Shown here piece after piece: positions 1 to 11,850 of a stretch of 64,000 nt of DNA (the first letter of the stretch is position 1; every line of letters begins with the position of its first letter). The stretch is taken from NCBI GenBank assembly GCA_020536535.1, contig JAHLWZ010000526.1:62001-126000 (forward strand), given 5' to 3'. Below the pieces are notes generated by a model, which worked only from the letters and a program-made list of their open reading frames with translations, was not told the origin of the DNA and searched no databases. This DNA is from Pelomyxa schiedti. Taxonomy: Eukaryota; Protista; Evosea. The position numbers and the translations under genes were made by a program.

Positions 1-2080
1 ATTTTCACCCTCTAATGTTTCTGGACAACCATCACCAAAGTCAACAACCCATAACACCTCTGCATCATTACAAAAGGTATCAATAAAACCAAGAGCAAAA
101 AATACTCCACCATCCACAGGTCTATGGTCTCAACTTCAGTCCGGAACACCGACCGCCGCACCAGTGGAAAAACCAGCAACTGTACTAAGTACTTCAAACA
201 TATGGTCTCATCTTCAGGTTTCTACACCATCATCAGCACCAGAACCAACCCCAAGTCCGACTCCAGCACCAGCGCCAAAGCCGACGCCAAAGCCGACGCC
301 AACGCCGACACCTACACCGACTCCAACACCAACACCAACTTCCACTCCAACTCCAACTCCGACACAACCATCACATCGGAAACACAAAGGGGAAAAAGCT
401 ACCGAATCACGGAAGTCAACACAAGATAACACTGTGACAACACAGAACTCTCCAAATCTGTGGTCCCAGCTACAGTTTACACCTTCTGTGTCACCAACAC
501 CTTCTGCGTCTCCAACACCTTCAGTGACACCAACACATGCTGTGGCACCAACTCCAAGTATGTGGTCCCAACTTCAAGTGTCCCCTCAAACAGCAGACAA
601 GTCATCCACAGCACCACAGAATACTTTATCATCTGAAGAGCCACCAAAATTGTCCGTACAACCAGCTGTCCCTACAGCCTGTTCTACTGAACCGAGTATG
701 TTTTCTATTTCCGGCCTCTTACTGACACTATAGCAGAGCCTCTTCCAAAGGTTGTTGCCGGTGTTAGTATACAGGGCCCTCATCCGGCCCAGGAGGACCG
801 ATTTGTTATAATCAGTCCCTTTCCTTCCTCCTCAAAGCCTGTATGTCCCCCTCAGAAATAAAAAAATTGAGTTGAGATAAGAGTAGTTGTTCGCCTTATT
901 GCCATTTCAGCTCACCATACTGTAGTTGCCGAATGGCTGGACAGAGGACAGAACACCAGCAGGAAAGCCCTATTGGCGGGACTCAGTCAGTAAACTCACT
1001 CACTGGTCTCTCCCCCCAGCATTAGAAGTGGTACTTCAACAAGTTGAATTTTTACCACTCAATCAAGCAAGGAGACACACCTTTTTGCTATTTTTGATGG
1101 CCATGGTGGTTGTTCTGCAGCCGAATTTAGCATAAGACAACTTCCAACTATCTTGGCCAACAACCCAAATTTTGAATCTGACAAGAAGGAGGCCTTAATT
1201 CAGTCTTTTATCAGTACTGATGCTGCCTTCAGAGCGGTATTGCCAAATGCAATCAACCAACTACTATCTCACTACCACAAGAAATCAGCCAGTTGCGGAT
1301 GCACGGCACTTGTAGTACTTTTATCGGAAAATAAACTCTGGGTTGCCAATGCAGGTACTTACCATACAAATATATTTCTTTATGTTCACCACTCACCCAA
1401 AAAAAAAAAAACAAAGGTGATTGCCGGTGTGTGCTCGGGAAGAAGGATCGTACAGCTGTACCGTTATCATTTGACCATAAACCCTCTGACCCACAGGAGG
1501 AAGCCCGGATAAAAAAAGCAGGTTGTGTACCTCTTAAACACCACATACCATTGACTGTTGAACTAGGCTGTGAAGTTGTTGCCGAGATACTAAGTATGGG
1601 TAGCGATGGTCCCGTCTATCATCATCGTGTAAATGGAAGGTTCTTTCATCAACTAACTATCGCACCGAAATTTATTTTACTCTAGACTTGGGGTTGCCCG
1701 AGCTATTGGGGACGATGATTTCAAACAGTCAAACCTGCCACCTATTGAAAATGCTGTGTCATGTGTTCCTGATGTTTTAGAACATTCCATTACTCCTGAT
1801 GTGTGTTCATTGCCTCACTCTGAATGTTCCCCCACAAATAGTAGGATCATTTTCTTGTAATGGGCTGTGATGGGCTATGGGACACCATTTCAAATGAAGG
1901 GGTTGTTGCTAGAATATCCACAATGCTATCTACAAAGCCAAACCTCTCTGTTGGCCAGGTAACGTCCCGCTACATCAAATATTTCCCTAAAGAACTCAGT
2001 TGGAGGGCATTAGCCTGGTGATAGCAACAGATACAGGGCTTGTGGATAACACTACTGTGGTTATTGTGGTTTTACAATGA
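1..2080 (+). CDS. Protein phosphatase 2C (PPM family) with Pro/Thr-rich N-terminus and an inserted WW domain; multi-exon, 5' end lies upstream of the window
   Basis: Spliced translation gives PP2C motifs QGPHPAQEDRF, AIFDGHGG, GCTALVV, WVANAG|DCRCVL, LSFDHKP, RVNGR|LGVARAIGD, FLVMGCDGLWD and DNTTVVIV, with TGA at 2078-2080. The WW exon at 926-1029 reads LPNGWTEDRTPAGKPYWRDSVSKLTHWSLP. Confidence 0.9.
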
Positions 2081-2125
2081 AAACTTGTTCACCGAAATGA
2101 ATTTAAAAAAGAAAAAACCTTCATT

Positions 2126-4342
2126 TTACTTGCGTAGTATTTGGTGAATAAGGTCTATGGGTAATAAAGGAAGGAGACACGCGGGATTCCCTTCACTTTT
2201 GTATTTTCCAATGAAAATGAGTCTCGCACGAAACCATTCCACAACTGGTGTTGATTGCGCTAAGTTTAGTGTCTCCCAAAGCAGAGATACCTTCAGGATA
2301 TCGTTTGTTGCCAATCACAGCACCACCAGAGCAGTCTCCAATAATAACGGTGGTACAAATTGGAATATATGCCCACTCACCGTCAAAGACTAAAAGTCCA
2401 TAGGGAACTCCTTTTACAAGAGCTACATGCCGTCCAACAGTTAATCCTTGTCCTAGGATGAGGAGGCCTTCTCTGAATGGTATTATTTTAATTACTACAC
2501 CATGAGTTGAAGCAAAGTGAGGTAGAGGGATTTACCAATAGCTACTTCACGTTCACGGAGAGACCCTACCAGAAAGTGATTACAATTGGAAGTGAAAGGG
2601 AAAAAAACCTTTAAATGACACCTTTAAGAGCGTGTGGTTGGCTGATATTAAATCATTAACAAGGGTAACATGGGTTTTAACAGTATCGATGTCTACAGCG
2701 GAATGAGAGAGGTCTTGGGAAGAAAAAACAGACAATCAATATCGAGAGACCTTAGAGTAGAATTTACTGCTAGCGCTTCACCAATAGAGCGTATCCCCTC
2801 GATCCCAAGATGAATTCCTTCAGCTAGTCAGTATTCAAAACAGGCTCACAACTACCTGTCAGTTCTAAATTCAAAAGTGCACTATTTTTTGATAGAGCTC
2901 GTGATAGGGTATCCACGTTTGATGGAGAAAGCTCAACAACTGAAGATAAAAAGTAAAGAAAGAATATTTGTCGATAACTTCTTACATGAAAGATTTAGAT
3001 CAATCAGACATGGAGATGACATAAGGCAGCTCACACACTCTGGTGACAAGTTCAACTTAGTTCTTTCAGCTTCCCATATGAGTTTTAGCAGTGCAATGTG
3101 AACTTGCGAAATTCACAGTACCAAAAAAGCTCAAACTCCGTAAAATGGCTTTCTCAGAAAGTGCGGATGCTAAATGTAAATAGCCCTCAGAGCCAAATTG
3201 ATTCTCTACAAACTGTTGGGCCTTACAGGACCTGGGAGATTATCCAACCTCCAAGACCCAAGGAAATCAGTGATGTGTTATGCCTAAGTGCATGTGCTAT
3301 CAATTTAGCATCAGCAGTGCGTAACTCCAACACTGAAAAGTATAAAATTTCATAAGAGGGTGAGGGGTGTACTATCTGCACTCAAATTGACGAGTCGATT
3401 TCTGGTAATAATCCTAGTCAGTGCTGGTGTGCATGACGGGCCAATTTCATTGGCTTCAAACAATATCAGAGAACTAAATCATCTGGGATACTCACCACGT
3501 AAAGTTAATGAAAGGAGGGTTGTGTTAATATCTAGGGCTGAAGCAATGCAGTCTAAGCCAGGCCCAGTGATGTGTGCATCTAGCAACAAGATACAGTTTT
3601 AATGGGGTTTGGTTTCGGTTTTTTTTTTTTTTCAGAAAAAATACGTTGAACAGATAATGATGTCAGTGTTGTGTTACTTTTCAGCATGTTAGCTATGGCT
3701 TCAGCACCAGCAAAACCAATATGATTCCCTTGAAAGGTTAGGAATTGACAGAGAAGTCATGTGTATTACCACATAAGTCAAGTTCAAGAAGTGTTCTATT
3801 TTTAGAGAGTGCGATAGCAATGCATTCAGCACCCAGTGCCTTAATATCGTTACCTGCACACATTAATCCAGGGAGTATTCAGAAGGATGGCATACAACGT
3901 AAGTTCAAGTGCAACAGTGATGTGTTCACAGCCAGGGAATCTGCTATGAGTTGGGCACCTTCGTCTTGCAAATTGTTTTCTTTTTTGTGAATTTTGGTCA
4001 ATGTGGCACGGTGCTTGCAGTAAAAGACCGCAGCACTGCATACCATCGAAACACAGTCGCCGAACTGAACATTTGGGTGAAGCCAACGCAGCACTAATTG
4101 CCTCGACAGGGTTCCTTCCCAGTTTCACACCTATGGGTTTTTTTTTTTTTTAATACGCATCATTTCATTGCCCAAAGCAGTCAGTATGTAGTTCAATCTC
4201 TACCTTGGGCAAATGATACATAGTCAGAGGACCCAAACAACGAGGCAAAGTATTCAACAAGATCTCCCTCGCCGATTCCACCAGAACCAACTTTGTTCGC
4301 GCACACTATTGGCCGTTGAACGGCTACGAGCGTGGCCGCCAT
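2126..4342 (-). CDS. RNI-like leucine-rich repeat protein (NLRC3/RanGAP-type repeats), multi-exon
   Basis: Repeats such as NNLQDEGAQLIADSLAVNTSLLHLNL, NDIKALGAECIAIALSKNRTLLELDL and NHIGFAGAEAIANMLKSNTTLTSL. Probable ATG at 4342 (MAATLVAV); stop at 2126. Confidence 0.85.
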
Positions 4343-4591
4343 TTTATCCAGCCAACCAACTTGTGTGTCAGTCCCGATCCGGAAGTGGCAGTAAGTTTCG
4401 TGCACCCATCATTAATCAAAGTCGGAGTGATTGGCGGTTTGTTTTTCAAGCGCCGCCGGCAGAGGCATGTCATTTCACACAAGAGAAAAAGCGAAACTTC
4501 AAAAAAGAGAAAAACCCCAAAAAAGAAAACGCAAAATAAATAAAAAAAAGCACATAACGAACGAGACGACGGTCCCGAGGAGATCGCGGGC

Positions 4592-7500
4592 ATGCTCTCA
4601 TTGTCTCTGTGTAACGCGAATGCCGAGATCCGACGTTGTGCAGATGGTGATACGCAACATACACGCCGTTTTGATACCGCTGTGTTTAATTCTTCCCCCG
4701 CCGCCTGCGGACCTACACTCGGCGGCGCGATCTCGGAAACCGTTGTCGCTACAACTACGCGAGAGGGTGACGTTAGGGCGTCAATCCCCTCCTCCGTTTT
4801 TGTATATAACCAGCCCCCGCAGCAGCAACAACAGCAGCCACAGCAGCAACGCACACAAGTGCAGCCAAAACAAAGCGAGGCGAGGCGAGGGAGGTCGCTT
4901 CTCACCACTAGCTTTGTCACGGGATCACTGCAGACGCCTGCCGTTTCACAGCAGGCTCAAGCGACTGCGCAACTACAAAGTGCGGCTACGGTCGCATCAA
5001 ACCACTCTCCAGTGATGGCAGTATCCTGCCAGCCAAGTAATTTTGTTGCATACAATACTGCACAGCTGTCCCCGACTTTTAATTACGGTCATCAGGGCAC
5101 AACACCTTCATCCCAACCAAATTTTACTGTGTACAATACAACACCTCCGGTCTCTCCACCTCTAACCTATCCTTCCACACAACCACTTCGCGTTCCAATG
5201 CGACAGTCTTCCAACACACCTTCCCCGGCTTCTTCGCCACCACCCAACCTTCTGTCTCCTCACACTTTTTTGCAAGCGGTATCTCCGCCAAGCAACACCA
5301 CTGGTTCTAGGAGACAATACCTCTCTACATCGTTTCCTTCACTGTTACCTGGGTCATCTCCTGAGGCACCCGCTTATTTCCGTGCTGTTACGGGAGCTCC
5401 AACCAACTCCAGGAGGGAATCCTCTGACTGGGAGGGATCCAACAATGAGATAAGAGAGTTGGATACAAATACTTACTGCTTCACGGATCTGACATCAAAT
5501 GAACGGTGCGACCCACTAGATAAACCAACTATGGCAACAATGACCCGTTCCCGTGTTGGGGTAGGAATTACGGAGAATAGGAAGCCCCTATCTTCTAATA
5601 CCCTATCACCCTGCCACCAGCCGTACTCAGAAGAGGAAGATACTGATCCAGCAATTTTGGCACTCATAGAAAGTAATTCTGAAGGAACTGAACTACCGAA
5701 GTAAGTAAACAATTGGAATTTGTCTAGTTCTAATGTTGCCAAGGTCTTCCGCATCTGCCCTGGTCCCCTACCCTCCCTTTATTTTTCTTTTCTTCTGTTT
5801 CTTCATTAATCCCCCTTGTTCTATTGTCTCACCTCTTCTTTTAAGGCCAAAAGTCCTATGGAACAATTTTTACACTCAATCGGTAGTTCTCTCGGAGTTG
5901 TCTTCCATTCTGATGTTTTGCAGAACCCAATCCCAATGCCGTGAGTCACAATGTTGCTGAAGTGTCGTCACTCCTTGAAGCTAATCTAACTCCACCTTCA
6001 GGTACCCAAGTTCCACTCTAACTCTCATTTTAAAAAAAAGCCAAAAAGGATCCACATTCACGCCATTTCCTGTAACAAAAAGCATCACTCATGGGTCTCC
6101 TGCCTTGAAGCCTCCTTCATCACAACTGAGGCGCACTTTCAATCCTCTTTCCTTTTCTGATCCTGAGATACACTCTCCTTCCCAGGAATTGCCAGAATAT
6201 CTTTCCCTTACCCCTCAAGTTTCGGCAGCAATTCCTTTTGCCCCAAGTCAAGGCAGACCCTCACTATGCACCTCAATGGATTCTCTTTTTTCATACCCCA
6301 TTGGATTCACTCAAGGTGCAAATACCCCTTGTTCGAGCATTGAACAAAATCAAGTCCGGCAACTTCCCCATCATAGCCCACTTGAATTACCACAGCTTCC
6401 TTCTATGCAATCAAGGGTACAGCCTCAGATACTTACACCAGTTCTCAATCACCAGCTTCATGCGGACTCGGACCAAGAGGTACATTCAATGACGTTACAG
6501 CAAAGTCAACTGCATTACACACTCCCGCAACACGTGTATCTCCACCAACAGGGATCACGTTCGAATACACAACCCCGTAAACAGGAAACAGCCCCTCTCC
6601 AAATGCACCCCTATCCCCAGGTGGGGCAAGCACATCAGCAATTCTCATCTCATGTGCAATCGCCGCACCGCAGTCCTGAAGTGCACGCACACACTCCGCC
6701 GTCACCTCAGCTGTGCCCAGTAATTCTTTCACAACCACCAGGTTTATCATCTCAAGCATCGGCACAGCTGCCGAATCAGGTGCCTGTTCCGTGCCGAGCA
6801 CAAAGGCCAAGTCAGCATAGTGTACAGACCGAGCATCCTCCAAGTATTACAGAACAAGAACCTCAACTTCGTTCAGTAAATACACCCACGCCTGTGGCTT
6901 TGCCCACGTCGGCTCCTGTACAAATAATGACGCCTGCACCTATATCAACTGAGCGACATACCCCCCCACAAGAAGCATCCCAAACAGAGCTTCACAGTCC
7001 CTCACAGCCAAGCCAAAATGTAACTGAAGAAAATAATTCCCAAGTTCAGTCACAGCAAGTGCCACCTCAACGTACCCGACTTTCATTGGAAAAAGAGAGC
7101 AGCTCCGTTTCTCCAAGAGTTTATCGAATTACTGCCTCTGGTCGTCTTACCCAGTCGGCACCTTTGGTTAGTCTTTTTCTAGATTTGTTGTACCTTTACA
7201 TATAATAAGAGAATAATTTTGGCTTGCTAATAACTGCTATAGCCAACCAACCTTCCCCAAAGTAAAACACATCCTATAAACATTTGTACCACTTACCGTG
7301 AAAATGTATCTGTCCTTGTATTATTCCTTTCAATCTTTAACATCTGCCCCAGATTGATAGAACAAATCAACAGGGACATTCACCTGACCATCGGTATAAA
7401 AGATATGCAATGGTACTCATTATTTCACAAGTATTATTTCTTACGAAGCCTTCAGATGCCTGACATGAAGGACTTCATGATACACGTTGATGTGAAAGAG

Positions 7501-7982
7501 ATCACTGATCCCCGCACAACTCTCATGATTAAAAATATTCCAAACAAGTACTCTCAGAAGATGCTTCTTGAGGAAATAGATGCACATCATACGGGTGTTT
7601 ACGATTTCTTTTACCTTCCTATTGATTTCAAAGTATGATCTTCTGTATCATATCATTTTCCAAAGAGCCGTAGAATAAATGCAACGTTGGCTATGCTTTT
7701 ATAAACATGGTCAGCACTGTCAAAATAGCACCATTCTACACCGAGTTCAACAACAAGCGGTGGACACGATTCAATTCAGAAAAGATATGTAACATCACCT
7801 ATGCCCGGATTCAGGGCATTGTGCAACTTATAGACCACTTCAAGACCTCTTCCTTGTTGGCGGAAGAGGAAAAAGTTAGGCCAGTGATGTTACTGAACAA
7901 CACACTGCAACCCTTCCCTGTAGGAGTATCTCTACACGTGTTACACTTGGAGAAGGAACACAGAGACATCATTGTCACGTAG
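4592..7982 (+). CDS. Mei2-like RNA-binding protein (C-terminal RRM3/RRM_2 domain after a long low-complexity S/P/Q region)
   Basis: [25 protein letters not shown]...[11 protein letters not shown]|[12 protein letters not shown]...[19 protein letters not shown] is the diagnostic Mei2 RRM3. Linking the upstream exons (4592-7166) into the same gene is inferred from GT-AG junctions. Confidence 0.85.
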
Positions 7983-8270
7983 GTCCACCCATCCTTCCTC
8001 CTTACTAACAGAAATCAGTAGCGACAAGCTCCCTTATGTTGAGTAGTTTATTATTTGTAAAGTTTAAAAGATTATTTACTGGTCCCCGGCTTTTTTGTGG
8101 TACCAAAAACGGAAAAGACTTTTTGACAACAACACACACCAATATTTTGTCTTGGTAATTGCGTGATCCTTTTTCCTCACCAACACCAAGCGATGTAACT
8201 TCGGTTGAGCCGGTTGGCATGGGCTAGCCTGGGTGGGAGTGGTATCGTGCCAATGCATACGGGAAAATTC

Positions 8271-9305
8271 TTACATGTCACAGCATTCAACAGATCGGAG
8301 TATCTTGTGTCTTGGGGCGAGTTGGGTTTCCATGAGGATAGTCCCAGTCAATGCATTGACTACTTTGTTGGTATTGTTATCCTGTTGCCAGTACTCAATC
8401 ACAACAAAGTCGCCTGCAGTGAATACTCGGCCTCCCTCAGTTGGTATCTCCAGGATTAGATGGGCCTGTGAGAAGTCTTTGCACGACCACACTTCCAGCA
8501 GGTCGCGGGATTCTTTCCGGATGATTCCAAAGAACGACCGTGAGTCGAAGAAATTGACCGATTCCAAGTCCTCGAAGAGCAACGGCATTCCATCCTTCTC
8601 CACAACAACAGACTGGTTAGGCTTCGCAGTTGCAACAACAACGGTCCTATCTGGCCAAGAACACCGCATCAAGACCGTGGGGCGCCCCACAACATAAAAC
8701 CCCAGGCACGTGGTTTCCAGCGAGTCCAGGACCACGAGCCTGCACCTCAGGAACGTCTCCTCGACATCGACCACCAGGCAGATGCACTCCCCGGTCTCGT
8801 CGACGAGCCCCACGGCCCCGAGCCTGCCGCTCCCAACCCACTCTATCCTCGCGTCGCACGGCCACACCCTCTCGTCGAACAGGCGGACCTCCACCGGGAT
8901 CGGGTCCGTCTCCCGCCGCAGCCTCAGCGCGACCCCGCCCCTCTCGCCGGCGGGGTCCACGACCGCCGCGTCCCAGGGGCCGCTGCGGCGCCCGCGCGGC
9001 GGCGGCGGCGGGGCCGGCCCGCCCTTGAGCGGCCTGGGGTGCACGCCCATGACCCCAAGGGTGGCGCCGGAAAGCTGCACCTCGGTGAGGTCGGTGTAGA
9101 CCATGCTGAAGCGGTCCAGCCACAAGCTCTTGTTGGCCCCGGGTGATTGGAGCCACTGCGTGCGGAAGTACTCCAAGAGGGGGGCGTTGGACGCGAACTC
9201 GCGGACGGGGCTCTGCGAGCCGCAGCGGGGGTGGGCGCCCATAAGGAATGAAACTACTTGGTCGTGCCACATGAGGCATGAAACGTTCCCGTAGTTCTGC
9301 TGCAT
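8271..9305 (-). CDS. Intronless hypothetical protein, HPRCG..SP family
   Basis: 344-aa ORF with N-terminal DQVVSFLMGAHPRCGSQSP and a SGATLG motif; paralogous to the adjacent ORF and to 38010-39272. Confidence 0.8.
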   Translation of the reverse strand: MQQNYGNVSCLMWHDQVVSFLMGAHPRCGSQSPVREFASNAPLLEYFRTQWLQSPGANKSLWLDRFSMVYTDLTEVQLSGATLGVMGVHPRPLKGGPAPPPPPRGRRSGPWDAAVVDPAGERGGVALRLRRETDPIPVEVRLFDERVWPCDARIEWVGSGRLGAVGLVDETGECICLVVDVEETFLRCRLVVLDSLETTCLGFYVVGRPTVLMRCSWPDRTVVVATAKPNQSVVVEKDGMPLLFEDLESVNFFDSRSFFGIIRKESRDLLEVWSCKDFSQAHLILEIPTEGGRVFTAGDFVVIEYWQQDNNTNKVVNALTGTILMETQLAPRHKILRSVECCDM

Positions 9306-9383
9306 CCTCCCCTTTCTTTTTTTTTGTTTTTGTTTTTATCCACTGGAACGAAAAGGCAGAGAGGTTAGAACGAAGAGTCTTGA

Positions 9384-10472
9384 TTAACAATCAAAATAAC
9401 GAACTGCTGTCACAACTTTTCTTACACAGGTGGAGGTGCGCAGTGTGAGCAATGTAGAGCCTGTACTAATACACACTACTAGTATATCTTCCGAGTTGGG
9501 ACAACGTTCTATCACAACAAAATCTCCAGCTGGCCAAAGGTTTGCCCCTTCTGTGACAGAAACAACTCTGGTGGGTGTGGAAAGGTCATTGCAGGTCCAA
9601 ATTTCCAACACATTAGGAGCCTGTAATCTCACCAATCCAAAGTAGGCCTCAAAAATATAGCATTGGCTATTTCCAGAAAAGGTGGTCACTATGCCTGACT
9701 TCTCCACCAGGAGCGTTTCATCTTCCTCATCGTTGTGCCGAATCGCTAGGAAGGCCCCATGATACCAAAAGAAGGCCACTTTGCTGTAGAACATATTCCT
9801 ATTTGTGAACGTGCTGCAGGATTCCACAGAGCTAATAACCACAAGCTTCTTTGCCCAGTAACTTTTACCAACATCCACCAGCAAGCACAAGTACTTCCTA
9901 TTGACCTGGTATATCACAACGCAGAGCTCTTCCTCTGTGAGGAAACTGACCGACACTATCCCAGGACGCCTTAATATAGCCTCACGGAGTGCATCGTCGC
10001 CATTCATGGTCTCCTCGTCGTCATCATCGCCGATCTGGAACGCAGGCAATTTGATCCCAGTTACATCTAGGCGTGTGTGGTGTATATCCAAGCAGCTATT
10101 TCTGTCGACGACTTCCACACACCACTTGGGACTGACGGCCGCGTATCCCCAGTCGTGGAGATCTTCTGGCCGCGGTATCCTCCCATAACCGCCAACTTTT
10201 TTGGGGGGCCTGCTGCGCTGCGGGTCGCCGGTGAGTCCCAGCGTCGCGCACGACACTCTGGCCTCGATCCACTCATCGGACGAAACCATGCTCGCTCGTT
10301 TGATCACCAACGACCTGCACGGTCTGGGGCCGAGCCATTGCGAAACGAGGTGCCTTACAACGGGATTGCAGAGGACTCGGGCTGGGCTTTGGGCTCCGCA
10401 CCTCGCGTGGGTTGCCATCATGAACGCGATTACTTGACGGAGATGGGAAACACCCGTCGTCCACTCTAGCAT
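9384..10472 (-). CDS. Intronless hypothetical protein, HPRCG..SP family (tandem paralog)
   Basis: 362-aa ORF with QVIAFMMATHARCGAQSP and SCATLG; C-terminal LEIWTCND...AGDFVVIE is shared with 8271-9305. Confidence 0.8.
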   Translation of the reverse strand: MLEWTTGVSHLRQVIAFMMATHARCGAQSPARVLCNPVVRHLVSQWLGPRPCRSLVIKRASMVSSDEWIEARVSCATLGLTGDPQRSRPPKKVGGYGRIPRPEDLHDWGYAAVSPKWCVEVVDRNSCLDIHHTRLDVTGIKLPAFQIGDDDDEETMNGDDALREAILRRPGIVSVSFLTEEELCVVIYQVNRKYLCLLVDVGKSYWAKKLVVISSVESCSTFTNRNMFYSKVAFFWYHGAFLAIRHNDEEDETLLVEKSGIVTTFSGNSQCYIFEAYFGLVRLQAPNVLEIWTCNDLSTPTRVVSVTEGANLWPAGDFVVIERCPNSEDILVVCISTGSTLLTLRTSTCVRKVVTAVRYFDC

Positions 10473-10586
10473 TTCGAAATAACTAATTGTGTGGCGAGGT
10501 GACTTCGCGTTCCTGTAGTTCTATGTGCAGTTCATCACTGAAGGATTTCTGGGAACAACACCATTCTTGTTGCTCAAGCAACAAAG

Positions 10587-11850
10587 TTGGGGGTCAAACC
10601 AACTCTACCCAAAAAACACAAGAAAATTCTGGATCTGGTCCAGATGGTGTCAAAATCGTTTCGAACCAGGGGGAGAAGGTAGTACAGAGCTGTGAGCAGT
10701 GTTTCCCTTGGTTCCCAGTGAAAAAGGAGGCACTGGGACTGAGGAAACCCAAAAAGTGGTGGTAACTGGACGGGTGCCGGAAAAAAAAATTTTCTGACAC
10801 CGGGCCAGATTGTATCATTCTCCTAAATTGATTACAAAAAACCTGTTTGATTGTGGGCAAACTGTTGTGGTATGTGGTAGTGCATAAGAAGTTGTGGCAT
10901 GATGGTTTCGAGGTCTAACACATCCACAGTCACCATTGTCCCAAAATATGACATTGACTTCACATTTCGACACCTTTGACACCCCAAATCCTCCTCCACC
11001 AAGGCTTTCTTCTGAAAATTGGACACAAAGGGTAGGTAATCTCTTCTCTGGTGAAGCAAGACCATACATTTTATGCATCAACTTAGAAAGAGAAGATTGA
11101 AGATTGCACAAATTAACTGAAGGTGTGCTCAGGGCAGCTGCTCTTTGGTCATATGACCAGTTGAAACAGTTCCTCTTGCTGTGTTGGTACCAATAGTTAA
11201 GAGATGATGACATACAACTCCAACAAACATGTGGTGTTCAAGAAGGACCTCAAACTCCTTCCGTGACAACCTCAGTGCTAAAACCACCAAAAAAGGGTAG
11301 GTACCACAGTTTTTTTTTCTGTTTTGTTAGGTTTTAGGAGGAAAAAGAACGAAAGAGAGTAAGAGTGTAAAGGTTCTCTTGCTTGTTCTTGTGCTTGGGT
11401 TGCACGTGTTCAAAGGAATTTTAATTATTTTGGTGTGGTTAGGTGCAGTTAGCTTCAAAGCCATGCTGTTGTCCAATTCTCAGTCAAGATTACCTTAGAA
11501 TCAATCACCACTGCAGTCCGCATTAGTGCGTTCTGTGTCTCATAAGATCGTCGCTGCCTTATTCCAGTAATTCCATCAAGCCTGCATTGGATCTCAAGAG
11601 TTGAGATTCATACAGAGTCCGCAGAGTGTCCATAGAGCTAAAGCTCGTGTACTTGCTAAAGTACACAGTTTTAACTGCTTATCGCATATCTGGGGATTTC
11701 TCATTTCCCTTTTGAATTGCTGCTGATTACAAGCTGCACTGCATCTCACTGACACAGACTTACAGATTGAAGGAAAGTCATCTGCAAATGCACGAAGGAA
11801 AGCCATCTCTGACTGGGCTGCAAAAACTGAAACATGGAAACAACAAAAAC
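10587..11850 (+). repeat. Dispersed repeat, copy A (probable decayed non-autonomous transposon)
   Basis: Highly similar to the reverse complement of 58460-59846, with two internal blocks in swapped order. No intact ORF. Confidence 0.9.

Noticed and set aside
240-365. Tandem repeat or CRISPR-like array
   Set aside because: It is a degenerate (Pro-Thr)n coding tract with no repeat-spacer structure, in a eukaryotic context.
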